In this document: one piece after another, positions 13,948-25,400 of the stretch | How positions within the stretch are numbered: the first letter of the stretch is position 1 | How the letters are laid out: the number at the start of each line of letters is the position of its first letter | Assembly (NCBI GenBank): GCA_001600815.1 | Contig: BCKZ01000008.1 | Coordinates: 1 to 64,000 of the forward strand | Reading direction: 5' to 3' | Length of the DNA stretch: 64,000 nt | DNA from: Alloascoidea hylecoeti | Taxonomy: Eukaryota | Program-made: the position numbers and the translations under genes | The notes under the pieces: generated by a model | What the model was told of the DNA's origin: nothing | What the model saw: the letters and a program-made list of their open reading frames with translations, nothing else | Databases searched by the model: none

Positions 13948-15768
13948 ATGAACCAACCAGCTACAAATCAATACATGGACTACGCTAATTTATCCAATCC
14001 ATCTAGAGCAACAAATACAGCCCATCTACCTTCTTCAAGTTTGACAAGTACAACCCAGCAGCCTTTAACTACAGCACAGTCTAGGTCACCATTGTATTCT
14101 ACATTTTCTAATAATACTGAGTACCAAATGTCTTCAACGTCAAATAATCATAACATTCAATATTCCCCTACTGTTCATATTCAAAATTCACTTTCATCAG
14201 GTAATAGAGTGCCTGTCTCGGTTCCAAATGTAAAGACAGAAATTTCCCAATCTCCTTACCAAAACCATTCTCAATCTCAATCTCAAGGACCAATGTTAGT
14301 ATATCAAAGCCCTCAAATTGAACAGCAACAGAATCAGACTGACAGAGGAAGTTCTCAATTGCAATCATACAGCTATAGCCAACAGCAACAACAACAACAA
14401 CAGCAGCATCCAAATGATATGCGCTCAAGAGGTATACCGACTACTAGTCCAAATAGATCGTCCATTGGAGAGAGTAGTAATAATGATAGTAATCCTAGCT
14501 ATTATGGTAATAATCAAGTATCAAACAATATCAACCAAGATTATTATCAGGGTTCATCTTCATCTTCATCTCATTATATTTCCTCTCAACAAAATCAACA
14601 TAGTGAGTTCTCTCCTAGAAATGCAATTCTTCCTGGCCAATTCCCTCCCTCATCTCAATTAGGAGCTCAATATGGTATGAACCAATTGCCAGGTTTGGGA
14701 CAAGTGGGTGTTAATTCTAATGGTTATGCACCCGGCAACAGCAATAACAATAACAATAGTAATAATAACAGCAATACTCCGGGAATTCCTGGATTAGGAA
14801 GTGTTATTGGCTCTAATTCCGGTATTCCTACACCTTCTGTTCCAGATTCTTATCCATCATCATCAAGTTATAAAAAGAAAAAGAAAGATAAAAATGTAAG
14901 GCCACATAGAGAAAGAAAGCCTAGTTCATCTCCTTCTGGACCAATTCCAGCCACAGATCCAATAATTGAAAAAAATGAAACAACTGGTGAAGAATGGATG
15001 ACTTTTGAATATTCTAAAAATAAAGTTAGAACTACTTTTAAGTTATATTGTGGTGTATTTGATGATTTATTACAAAATGAAAGTAAATTAGATGAAAAGT
15101 TCAAGAATGAAAATTGTGTTTATCCAAAAGCTATGTGTGAAGAGTCATTATATACTGGAAAGAGATATAAATATGAAAGAGAATGTAATATGATGGGATG
15201 GCAATTATCCTTCTTGAATCCAGATATTCGTGGTCATCGTGGTTTAATCCAAAGAGCTGTCGATAGTTGGAGAAACACTAGAGCTGATGAAAAGTTACGA
15301 TCACGACGAGTTAGGAGGATCACCAAACTGAATGAATTGAATATGCAAAGAGCAGCCATAAGAAAGCAGAAAATCCTCCAAATTCAGCAGCAACAAGCGC
15401 AACAACAGCAGATGTATCAGATGGGGGTAGGACCAATGACTCAACTCGGGCCCATGGGACAATTTAACCAAATGGGGCAAATGGGACAAATGGGACAAAT
15501 GGGACAAATGGGTCTTGGACAAATGGGTGTTCCACCACCTCCTGGTCATGCTAGTTTAACACAGATTAACCCTTATGGGCAGATGGTCTCGGTACCAATG
15601 TCTCAGCCAGCACCTCAATTTCTTCCTCACCATCAGTTACCCCAACAAGTTCCAGTACAACAGTTAGCTCATGTTCAGCAATCACAACCGAATGTACAGT
15701 TACAACATTCGTATGCCATTGATAATAATGGCTCTCAAGGACCATCGCAATATAACGGAAACCAGTAG
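13948..15768 (+). CDS. Q/N/S-rich protein with a conserved fungal domain of unknown function; putative nuclear regulator
   Basis: 606-aa ORF. Low-complexity Q/N/S/G/P arms flank a basic NLS-like KKKKKDK and a folded domain EWMTFEYSK...ENCVYPKA...RYKYERECN..GWQL..LNP.IRG.RGLIQRAVDSWRN..LRSRRVRR, which I recognise as conserved across fungi. Confidence 0.85.
   Translation: MNQPATNQYMDYANLSNPSRATNTAHLPSSSLTSTTQQPLTTAQSRSPLYSTFSNNTEYQMSSTSNNHNIQYSPTVHIQNSLSSGNRVPVSVPNVKTEISQSPYQNHSQSQSQGPMLVYQSPQIEQQQNQTDRGSSQLQSYSYSQQQQQQQQQHPNDMRSRGIPTTSPNRSSIGESSNNDSNPSYYGNNQVSNNINQDYYQGSSSSSSHYISSQQNQHSEFSPRNAILPGQFPPSSQLGAQYGMNQLPGLGQVGVNSNGYAPGNSNNNNNSNNNSNTPGIPGLGSVIGSNSGIPTPSVPDSYPSSSSYKKKKKDKNVRPHRERKPSSSPSGPIPATDPIIEKNETTGEEWMTFEYSKNKVRTTFKLYCGVFDDLLQNESKLDEKFKNENCVYPKAMCEESLYTGKRYKYERECNMMGWQLSFLNPDIRGHRGLIQRAVDSWRNTRADEKLRSRRVRRITKLNELNMQRAAIRKQKILQIQQQQAQQQQMYQMGVGPMTQLGPMGQFNQMGQMGQMGQMGQMGLGQMGVPPPPGHASLTQINPYGQMVSVPMSQPAPQFLPHHQLPQQVPVQQLAHVQQSQPNVQLQHSYAIDNNGSQGPSQYNGNQ
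15472..15528 (+). repeat. Coding 9-bp tandem repeat ATGGGACAA (MGQ)n
   Basis: ATGGGGCAA ATGGGACAA ATGGGACAA ATGGGACAA ATGGGT... encodes MGQMGQMGQMGQMG. Confidence 0.85.
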
Positions 15769-16486
15769 TCTTATCGTATGACAGATTTATGGTAACATAC
15801 AATAATTGCGATCGTATTGAACCAACTGCCTATACACTACTGTAAAATATTAATACAACGCCATTATTTGATGATTTACATGATGCACACACTATTATCA
15901 CATTACAATAAATATCGATATGACATGATGATTTATTCGCTATATATAGTTTAAAGCAGACCGTACACTTTTATTATTACCTTTACAAATAACATAATTA
16001 TGTTTCTTATTGTTGAATTGCATTATCATAAATTTTTTAAACTAGTTTTTATCTACTTATAATTAGTACTTTCTATTACAAATTGTATATATTCACTTAA
16101 CATTTTTTTTTACGTTAGATGCGTTGATCCCTTTAAGTTGTTGATTCTTACGGTTTAAGGTTAGTGTAACCTTCCCAAAGCACAGTAACGTTTAAATATG
16201 AGCCTTAAATATAAGTTTAGAGTAGTTAAAGGAATGTTAACTATCATTAAGCAGTAATTTTCTGCAATAAGTTATTCCTTATAATCGATCAGAGACAATA
16301 ACCTTATAATTATATGATAGTGAAATTCAAAGGGTTTGGCTTTCTGGTGCAGACACGCAGAATAAAATTTTATAACTTGAGATTATTTTTATTTACCTAC
16401 TTACCCTTTCTTTGCATCAAATTCCACACAGCAAGTTTTGAAATACTCCCAGACGTCTAATTTTTTTCTCTGAATGAATCTCAAGA

Positions 16487-19012
16487 ATGCTGAGAAGTAG
16501 GCGAAATTCAAGGACTTATTCCCTTTCTTCCCATATTTCTTACACCGGCGTCGGAAAAGCTGTATGCATAACATTCCATACTTAATCCTCACCTTCGCGA
16601 TCCTAACTAACCATTATTCAATCTTAGCCTGTTGATGCTCCACCCGTTAATTCAAATGCTAAAGTTGCTGCCTTGACTGCCAATAACAAGATACAGGTTC
16701 CGGTGCGAACTGCTTCTATGACCATTGCTGGTATGTATAATATCGCCACCATTTTTAATATTCGAAATGAGGTTGATATCTAACAAATTTTTATAGAACT
16801 ACAATCTTTTGAGAGACACAAAGCTGAATTCTTAAATGAAAAAGAATTAAAGAAAACCGAAAGTGAGCAGTCGAAATCAACACCTTTACAGGGAGATCTT
16901 CAACAACCTTCTAATTCGACCCAAAGCGAAGATCAAGATCCCGCGTTCTTTACAGAGCCTAAAGTACCGAAGAATAAATCCCGAAATGTTAAAAAAGGCT
17001 CTACTGGATTATCCCTCGTTATTGATTCATCATCTGGTCGGATAATCGATTCACAAGGCGGACCACCTCGAGTACAAATGTTACAAAAACAACTAAAGGA
17101 GAAACGAATACAAAATCAGAGACAGAAGAACACCAAAAATTCAGAGAACAACAATAAACAGAAAACTTCATCGAGTGGTTCGTCAATTATATCGAATAAT
17201 ACTAATGGTCGCGTTGGACGAAGCCCTGGTCGTCGAGCTCAACCCGAATCTCCTTCAAAATCAATTGTTAACAAAAATAACCGGACCAATCAAAGACAAC
17301 GAAGAGTCAAAGGAGGTTCTGAGACAATGTCAGATAATGTATCAATGACAAGTAAAAGTTCAAGCCTAGGCCAAAAATCACAATTACAAGGCATCCCCAA
17401 TCTTCAAATTAAATATGTTCCAAGCAAATATGGCTTAGTTCCTGTAGAGGTTCCTGCTATAATTGGAATAGATACATCTACAAAACGACAATCAAGTCAA
17501 CCTAACTACAAAATACCCAAATCCATTCGACCTCATTCTTTGAAACAAAAGGAAAGGAACAGCTCAGAAATGAGCCAAAGACTTTATTCTCCTACTACTC
17601 TCAGATCCAATAAAAGTGTGAGAAGACAGTTTAGCAACTCAACTTGTGGTAGTGAAAGATCATCTATTCCTATTTCCAATTCGTTTCTTAAAGCCGGTGA
17701 TACTGATACCGAATCTACGTCATCTGTTATTCATATTCCAAATTATCAAAGACAAATATATCATTCAAAAGAGCTAGAAGTCCCCGTTCCATTATCACAA
17801 CAGAATTCGATCTCTCAACAAACATCAATGCGCTCTTCAATACTTGAAGAAGCGCCTGAAAAATCGTTTAGTGAAACTTCGAGGGAAACTTCAACCACAT
17901 CTTCAAACCCTGTTCCGGTGACTTGTTTAAGTGCATTAAAGGGCTTAAATTTATCTAATATCCCACACAAACAAACTATCTTGCGGGTAGATACTGTCCT
18001 TGATGGAGCAGCTTCATCCGATCTTGTGTCGGAAGCTGATATTGAGACAGAAACTACAAACGAAACACGATATCCTTTCTTAAATAAGACTGGAGATAGA
18101 ATTCGATCGCAAGAGGGCCCTCAAATAACATACATTTCAAATGCAAGTAACAGCACATTAAAAGATCAATCAAGAATGCAAATAACTATGGATTCTAAAG
18201 CAATGCAAAAGTTACCCGAGAATATCTATCCGACATCTAATAAATCCTATCCTGAAAAATCACATTCTAAAAATAATGTTTCTCGTCGTCATTCTGTATT
18301 AAAACATTTATCTTTCGCGCCACATACTAAAACTGTTACAATTGAACAACAAAACACTAATAATTTAATAGATAACAATCTGCCAGCTGTGAAAAGCGCC
18401 TCTGGTTTATATTCGAAAAATGATGATAACAACAGGTCGTCAAGCTTTGAAAGAGAAAGATCTTCTACACATAATGGTAGTGCATTTAAACGGCTATCTT
18501 TGAGATATGACGGATCCTCATTAACGTCGACTGGATTAAACTCTAATGGTAAAGTAGATGCATTACAAGATCCATATTCACAGTCATCTAATTTCAAGTC
18601 TAGATTTGACGATTCTGATTCTGAAGATGAGAGCTATATTGCTATCAAACCGATAACCAGTAATAAACAGAGAAATAGTGATTCACCCTTTTCTTCAAGA
18701 AGACAGAGATTCTTTGCAATCGAGTCATCTAGTCCTGTAATTGAGCCTAATTATTCATATAATTCTTCTCTACCCAGACCTGTTTTAAAGGTGACAACAA
18801 ATGATTTCAGCAAACCCCGAAGATCTCAGGAATTATTACCTGTTGGATTACAAACAAGTGTAAATACAATTGTCAACTCAGCAACCACTACTTCCTCTTC
18901 AATTCAATTCATTCATAGAAAACCTAGAGAGAAAATGCCAGTCATTGAGCCAACCAAAAAGAAAATGACATTCTCCTTAAAAATGAAAAATTTCTTCCAT
19001 AAGAGTGTTTGA
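16487..19012 (+). CDS. Three-exon Ser/Arg-rich disordered protein, Seg1/Seg2-like eisosome scaffold candidate (exons 16487-16561, 16628-16730, 16797-19012)
   Basis: The frame of ORF 17078-19012 stays open back to 16797. Two 66-nt introns (GTATGC..ACTAAC..TTAG at 16562-16627; GTATGT..TCTAAC..ATAG at 16731-16796) each carry an in-frame stop and join ATG 16487 in frame, giving MLRSRRNSRTYSLSSHISYTGVGKA|PVDAPPVNSNAKVAALTA...MTIA|ELQSF. The basic C-terminus KKKMTFSLKMKNFFHKSV resembles the Seg1-type tail. The gene model is well supported; the family call is tentative. Confidence 0.75.
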
Positions 19013-19421
19013 AAATAAAAAATAACCAATTGCAGACTTACCTAGACATTTTCGTATAATCTTCATTACTATCATTATTGTTTTTCGTATTAAAATTTGT
19101 ATTATAATTTATTACACTCTTTGCTTGAAATTTTTGTTTTTGTTTTGGTTGCCTTTTTATTATTTTTTAATTAATTTGTTCAATTTGTTTAATTTGTTTA
19201 ATTGTATCTTGCCGTTTTCTGTAGGATCTATATAATGGAGTTTTATATTAACGTTATTTTATTTATTTATTTATTTATATTTATTTCTCAACTTAAATTG
19301 AATTTAGGAATATAACTAGTAAATCACGTATAAGTCTATAAATATATAACAGCTTTTTATCTGCCATACAGTCGTTGTAAGTAATTAACTACTATTGTAT
19401 AATATTATAATGTCTATTGTT

Positions 19422-22400
19422 TCATTTGATATTCTTTGAAGAAGAACTACTATTAGTGGTGAAAATTGATGACTTCGGACTATTACTTGTCTTTGAAGTA
19501 CATGTATTAGCACCGTCATTTAATAAGAATTTTGGTGTAATCATATTGTTTCTATGGGATTTTGAAGGTGTTGTATTGATGCTTGATCTTCGACTTGAAT
19601 CTTTCCTCTTTTTCTTTTCATCTGTATATTTACCGGAGGAAGATGCTTTCAAGTCCTGTAATGACATAAACGAAACATAATTGGTGATTGATTTTAATGG
19701 CACCTTGATAATTGATGGTCTGTGAACCTTAAGTTTATGACCTATAATATGGCCAGCATGTTGCAAAAGTGATTTCCTAATATCTCTTTTTAACGCATTC
19801 ACCATATCCATAGTTGACCACGTCTTATTCTCATAAGAAAAAGTTGGCAAAAGAAGATCAAGCTCATGAATGTTAGCAATACTCATAGAGCCATGACTTT
19901 TAAAACTAATACAAACTTCAACACTATGAACTTCAAATTTTATTATTGTTAGAAATTTAGAAGCCCTAGTCATCATTTGTGTCATATCATCACCGTCGTC
20001 ATCTTGCTCCTGATCTTTTATTTCTGTTTTTCTATCAGAATGTTTGTCAAGCGTTGATTTGTATTTAGTGTTAGGCGTAAAAACCGAGGCAGTTCTTCTA
20101 AGACTATGCTGCTGTGATTGTAAGGAAGAATGTGTGCTACCTCCTTTACGAGGTTCATTGAGATATCTCAACAGATTACGATGATTCCTTGATTCTTGAA
20201 AAGAGCCCGAACCTTTTGAAGATATAGAATTGGCTCTTTTATGGCTCTCAGTGCTTGTAGTTGATATCTCTTCCACATCAGTTTCAGAAGAAATATTACC
20301 TCGGGAGGAACTTGAGTGGACAACGGGTACCAGCGACGCTTCTGAATCATCATTATCATCGTCATCGTCATCAGAACTATTGTCATCTTCAGATTCACTA
20401 GCACTCTCCTGTTTATCATTATCCTGAAACAGATATTGAATAATGTTTTTAGCAGTTTCTTTAGTAACTTGAATTTTGAGAGGTAATAATTTTACATCGA
20501 AGTCATCCATAATAGGTATTCCGCCAATAGGCTCTAACATACTCCAAGAAACTTTGATAATAGGTTCACCTTCACGGAAATTTTCTATTTTGTAAGGGCT
20601 AAGTAATTCTGGATAAATCGATCCCTCGGTGAGATCAACCCATTGCATCATTCCAACCTCAACAACATTAGCATTGGCTCCTCCAGATTTTTCAACCCTT
20701 CTAAATGATGAGTCAGCTAATGCAATATCTAATAAAGGCGCTCTCTCATCGTCCAGCAAATGCCAAATGATTTGATCAGCTCTAATGAGCCATTTTAATT
20801 CATCTAAATTATCCAGCTCATCATCACTGATCTGATTAGCTCCGGCTTTAATTCCTTTAAGCATAAAGAAAATTTCAAGAGACAAGCGTTGCTTCTCAGC
20901 TTCAATTTCCATACGATATTTTTGATCCTTTAACGATAACATTCCAGAATAAAGACAATTGGATAAATCATTTAGTATGCGAATTTGAGACTGAATAGAT
21001 TTTACTTTGATGTCCGTACCTTCCAAATCCCGAAAATCGGTTGCCAGCACAAGCCTCTTTAATTGATCTTGTTTGAGTTTATGCTGTGGATCTGAATACA
21101 TCAATAAGTCTAACACAATAAAGTATAGAGTGTAATACTGTTTAGAATCACAGGTTATCACCACCTTAGGAAAATCAACTGTCATTTGGTTGGCGTGATA
21201 TGTTCGAGAATTGATAACGTCGTTACATTTGTAATCAATGTCATTACCCTCCGAACTGTGTTTAAAATTTTCAATGTATATTGGCGATGGCTTATCATAC
21301 CTCAAAGCAATTGATGTTTTTTCGACTACCAATGCTTCCTTCAATACACTACTATCGTAGCATAATTCCAGAGCCAACCAAGGAGGCCACATGGTTCCTG
21401 GGGAACAACCATAATTTGTGGAACAAAACATGTTGAGATCTTTCCTCAAAAAGCTTTCTTTATTCAAAACGAAGAAATGTGCATCACGAAGAATCATTCC
21501 ATAACGAGTTTCAATAAGTGATGATTCTGTGAATTCATAACTATCATCATCAATATTTACCGATACAATTTGTAGTTCCATATTATGAGAAGTAATAAGC
21601 AAAGAAGACTCTTCATCAGTTTCACTGATAAGTTGTATCTGAGGCGATATTAATTTAATCAAAAATGAATCTACTGGTTTTTCGCTTTGAGAATAGACTT
21701 CTCTTAGGGTCTCATCAAAATTACGAAGACATTCTTCCCCAGAGGACATATTTCCAACCTGCTTCTCTGACTTATCAAATTCATTTAAAGTACTTGAAGT
21801 GAAAGAGGAAGCAGATTTACCGCTTCTAAAAGAATTTTTAAGGGTGTAATCAATCCCTTCAGAGGAATCAGATGCTGTAGAGGAGTTTTGCCTTCCCATA
21901 AGTTGTTGAATAAATGATACTGCTTCATGTTTCATAAAATATACAAATGCCTTGCGATCGCTAATTTTGTGGGCGTACTTATATACTGTGTTCCGTAATT
22001 TATTATCCCATTTAAGTACCATATTGTGAATCAATATTTGATTGTTAAAGGTGAGGTCCGTTCGTGACCGAGTTGCTTCCTGCATTTCATAAAATGACGA
22101 CATTAGTGTTAGCTTGGTATCTGTCGTTGTAAGATTGGTCCCTACATCTAAAAAATGCTCATCCTCTCCCTCATCAATGATACACCGAGGTTCTTCCGTA
22201 TCTGGTTCTTTTAGATTACCATCTTCTGGAATAGATGATTTAGGAATCACTTGAAGATCCTTGAAGGTGTTTTGATGTAAATTATCATCAGATGCCTGAT
22301 CATAAACATACATCTGTTCTGAAGTTTTTAAATTATCTATTATTTTAGTCACTATCTTCATCCTCCGATGTAGTGATTCATTTTCCCGGTTGACATTCTG

Positions 22401-25400
22401 TATACGGGCTTTAATTGGTAGCTCATTTGGAAACTTTTCAAGGTCGTTCTTTAGTGACTCCAACATTGTCTCATTAGTCTTTAATTGGTCTTCAATTTCG
22501 GTAATTCTCTTAGATGCCAAATCATGCTGAGTTGTTTCTGGGTGATTCAAACCTATCAAACAATCATGAGAAGGTTCATCTCCGAAAGGTTTATGTTCTA
22601 AACCACCTTCCTGTTCTATATTACGGGTATAAGAAAGTCGGGGAGTATGAAGTAAAGGAAAAATCTCAATCTTTGGATCTTTTCCATTAAGATTTGTTTT
22701 GGATGTATTTATTTCTACAAAATCATCCAAATCAATCCAATTAAATTCGTTGTCTGTAATTTTGAACTTTCCTATCAGTGGTTTTACGGGATACGAACCA
22801 GTAGAGTGTGAAATAGAAGATGTAGAATTAGATGACGATCCATTGTCAGACGAGGCGTTCCCCAATTGGGAAGCCAACAATGCCTCCGGAGATTTTTCAT
22901 TAAATTTTGCGGTGACCATTCTAATATCCGCATCTACCACATTGATCTCACCTTCGTTCATCTTCATTTGCCATGCCTTCTTTCCAGACCCAGATACTGG
23001 ATCTTTAATAGTCACAAGTTGACGACGCTGATGAAAATCAACAGTGAAATTAGATATTTTTGCTTTTGGCCCCGTAAACGCAATCTTATCATGTTTTGAA
23101 ACCTGTTCGGAACTAGAGTGTTTATAAATATGACTTATAAATAAAGGAGATAAAAGCAGCTGATATTTAACACTGAATAAATGCTTTCCAAATTTTTTTG
23201 GGGTTTTTTGAGAAACGGTCTCTGCAGTTTGAAAAAGAGGGCCGGTTCTAGAGGGTAATGAGAAAGTACCCGAAAAAAATAAGCTCCACCAAGCAAAAAA
23301 ATGTGTAAAAGAAACAGGAGTTAGATGAATTGTGTTGTAACTGTCTTTAGCTGGTTTATTATTTCCAACCCAAGTTCTCTCCAATGGTGAAATCACAGAT
23401 ATGGCCATATGAAGATAATCGCTTCTAAACCCATTATATGCATCATAATCTGGATCTTCGACAGCATTAGGATTACACAATTCAATATCATAATGAGGTC
23501 TGAAATCATGTCCCCTATTGTCACGGCTTCCATCGATTGACCGTTCAAATAAAAATCCCATTGTCCACTTAACAGTTCCAGAAAGTTTCATCACAATCTT
23601 TTCAAAATACTCTTCAGTAAAATTGTTTCCTAAGAAGTCAGTTGAATAGTCAGAATGAGTTTGGAATGTTTTCTTGATAGCACTATGATTAGGAATCCCA
23701 AGAAGATAATCTTTTGATTTTATAACCAGGAGTTCTTTAGAATTATCATCTTCATTGATCAAGATGGTCACACCATTAGTCCAGCACATTACAAATCCAG
23801 AAGCTTCTCCAATTAATTCATATGGAGACCTCGAGCCTTTCAAACTAAGAAACAAGTTGCCCTTATCGATGTTAAACCTAAATCTCGCATGCAACATCAA
23901 CCGGATCTTATCCCAAAACCCAATCTTGTCAGATGGATCCAAAGGAGGTTTACTAAACGAATCAAATATTTGCATAACTGCAGAAATGGTTGGCTGTAAT
24001 GACACTCCCCATGTTATTAATGTTGGTTTGGATGATCTGATATCCACGACCATGTCCGTGAATATTTTAACCGGTGATAATGTTCTTGCAACTCTTACGG
24101 CGAAGGCAGAGTCTTTGTCAGCCAGCTTCGATGAAGGTACAAACGGGACAAAAACTCTCCTTATTGACTGGGGCCCGGTAATCATTTGTTCCGCAATAAT
24201 GAAATGACCACTGAATGATATCGCTGGAAGCTTTTCTTTATTTGCTTCCTTCTGATTTTCATCAAAATCAGGAAAATGCATTAATGGTAATGGGAAATTG
24301 CGAATAGATAGATTAAAGTCGTCAAACCCCCAAGTAATATGCATAGGCAAAAGCAAAGAGTATTCCGTGTCTTTGGGTATTCCTTTCCCCAGTCTGTACA
24401 TATAATCTGCCAATTCTTCCATATGGAATTTGGGCTTATCTAATAAGAAATCAACATTCTTCATATGCAATTCCATGAGATAAGCATAATCAGTGGTCGC
24501 AATGACCTGTGATTTTAAAGAGGCAACCGTTGTTTCATTAGACCCTATAAATATAGTGTTGAGATGTTCATCAACAGCCTTATGATAAGCTCTTCTAGCA
24601 GCTCTTATTCGGATAATCCACGATCTTGAAAAGTTTTTAAGTAGGCGTTGACGAGCAATTTCTATCGTATCTTTAGCATCGTTAATAGAAACTACTGGAT
24701 ACTCAGATTTACTGTTGACCGAAGACACGTTACTATTGTGCTTATCATGGTGATGATGGTGGTGGTGAATTGGAAACGTTTTCCGTTTAGTAATATATGG
24801 ATCTTTGACAAAACTAAAACTACAAGTTGAGTTCCCTCTCTCTAATTCTGGTTTATCAGTAGAAGGCCTTGGTAATGAGCCATCTACAGTTGATTCATTA
24901 CTATGATTGCTCGGCATTTTTCTTTTATGCGCATCAAGAGTTGCAGTTGATTTTGATTCAAATAAAAGTTCCTTCTCGTATCTCAGTTTTTGTTCAATCA
25001 ACCCCGTTTCAAAAATAAGTCCCAATTCTACTTCGAATGGGTCATCCTCAAGACAAAATGCGAATGATTTTGTTTTGACCTGAACTTTTGGTAGTTGTTT
25101 TGGCTTCTCGACTTCTGGTTCCATTGGTAACATGAAATGGGACTCTTTGTATGATAACGTCAAAAACTTGATCACTTTAAATGTTGTTGCAATCGAATCA
25201 ATCAATTCATATAGCACATATTGATGAGGAAGAGTGATAGATATTATGTTAGTATCAATTATGAATTTCTGGTCATTCTCGGTCCCATTTTCTAAATTAA
25301 ATTCAAACATCTTTATTGTACCAAGAATACACCAAGAATTATCAACGGTCGGACTGGCTACATACAACCAGACTCGCTTTATAGAGATATTGAAATCATG

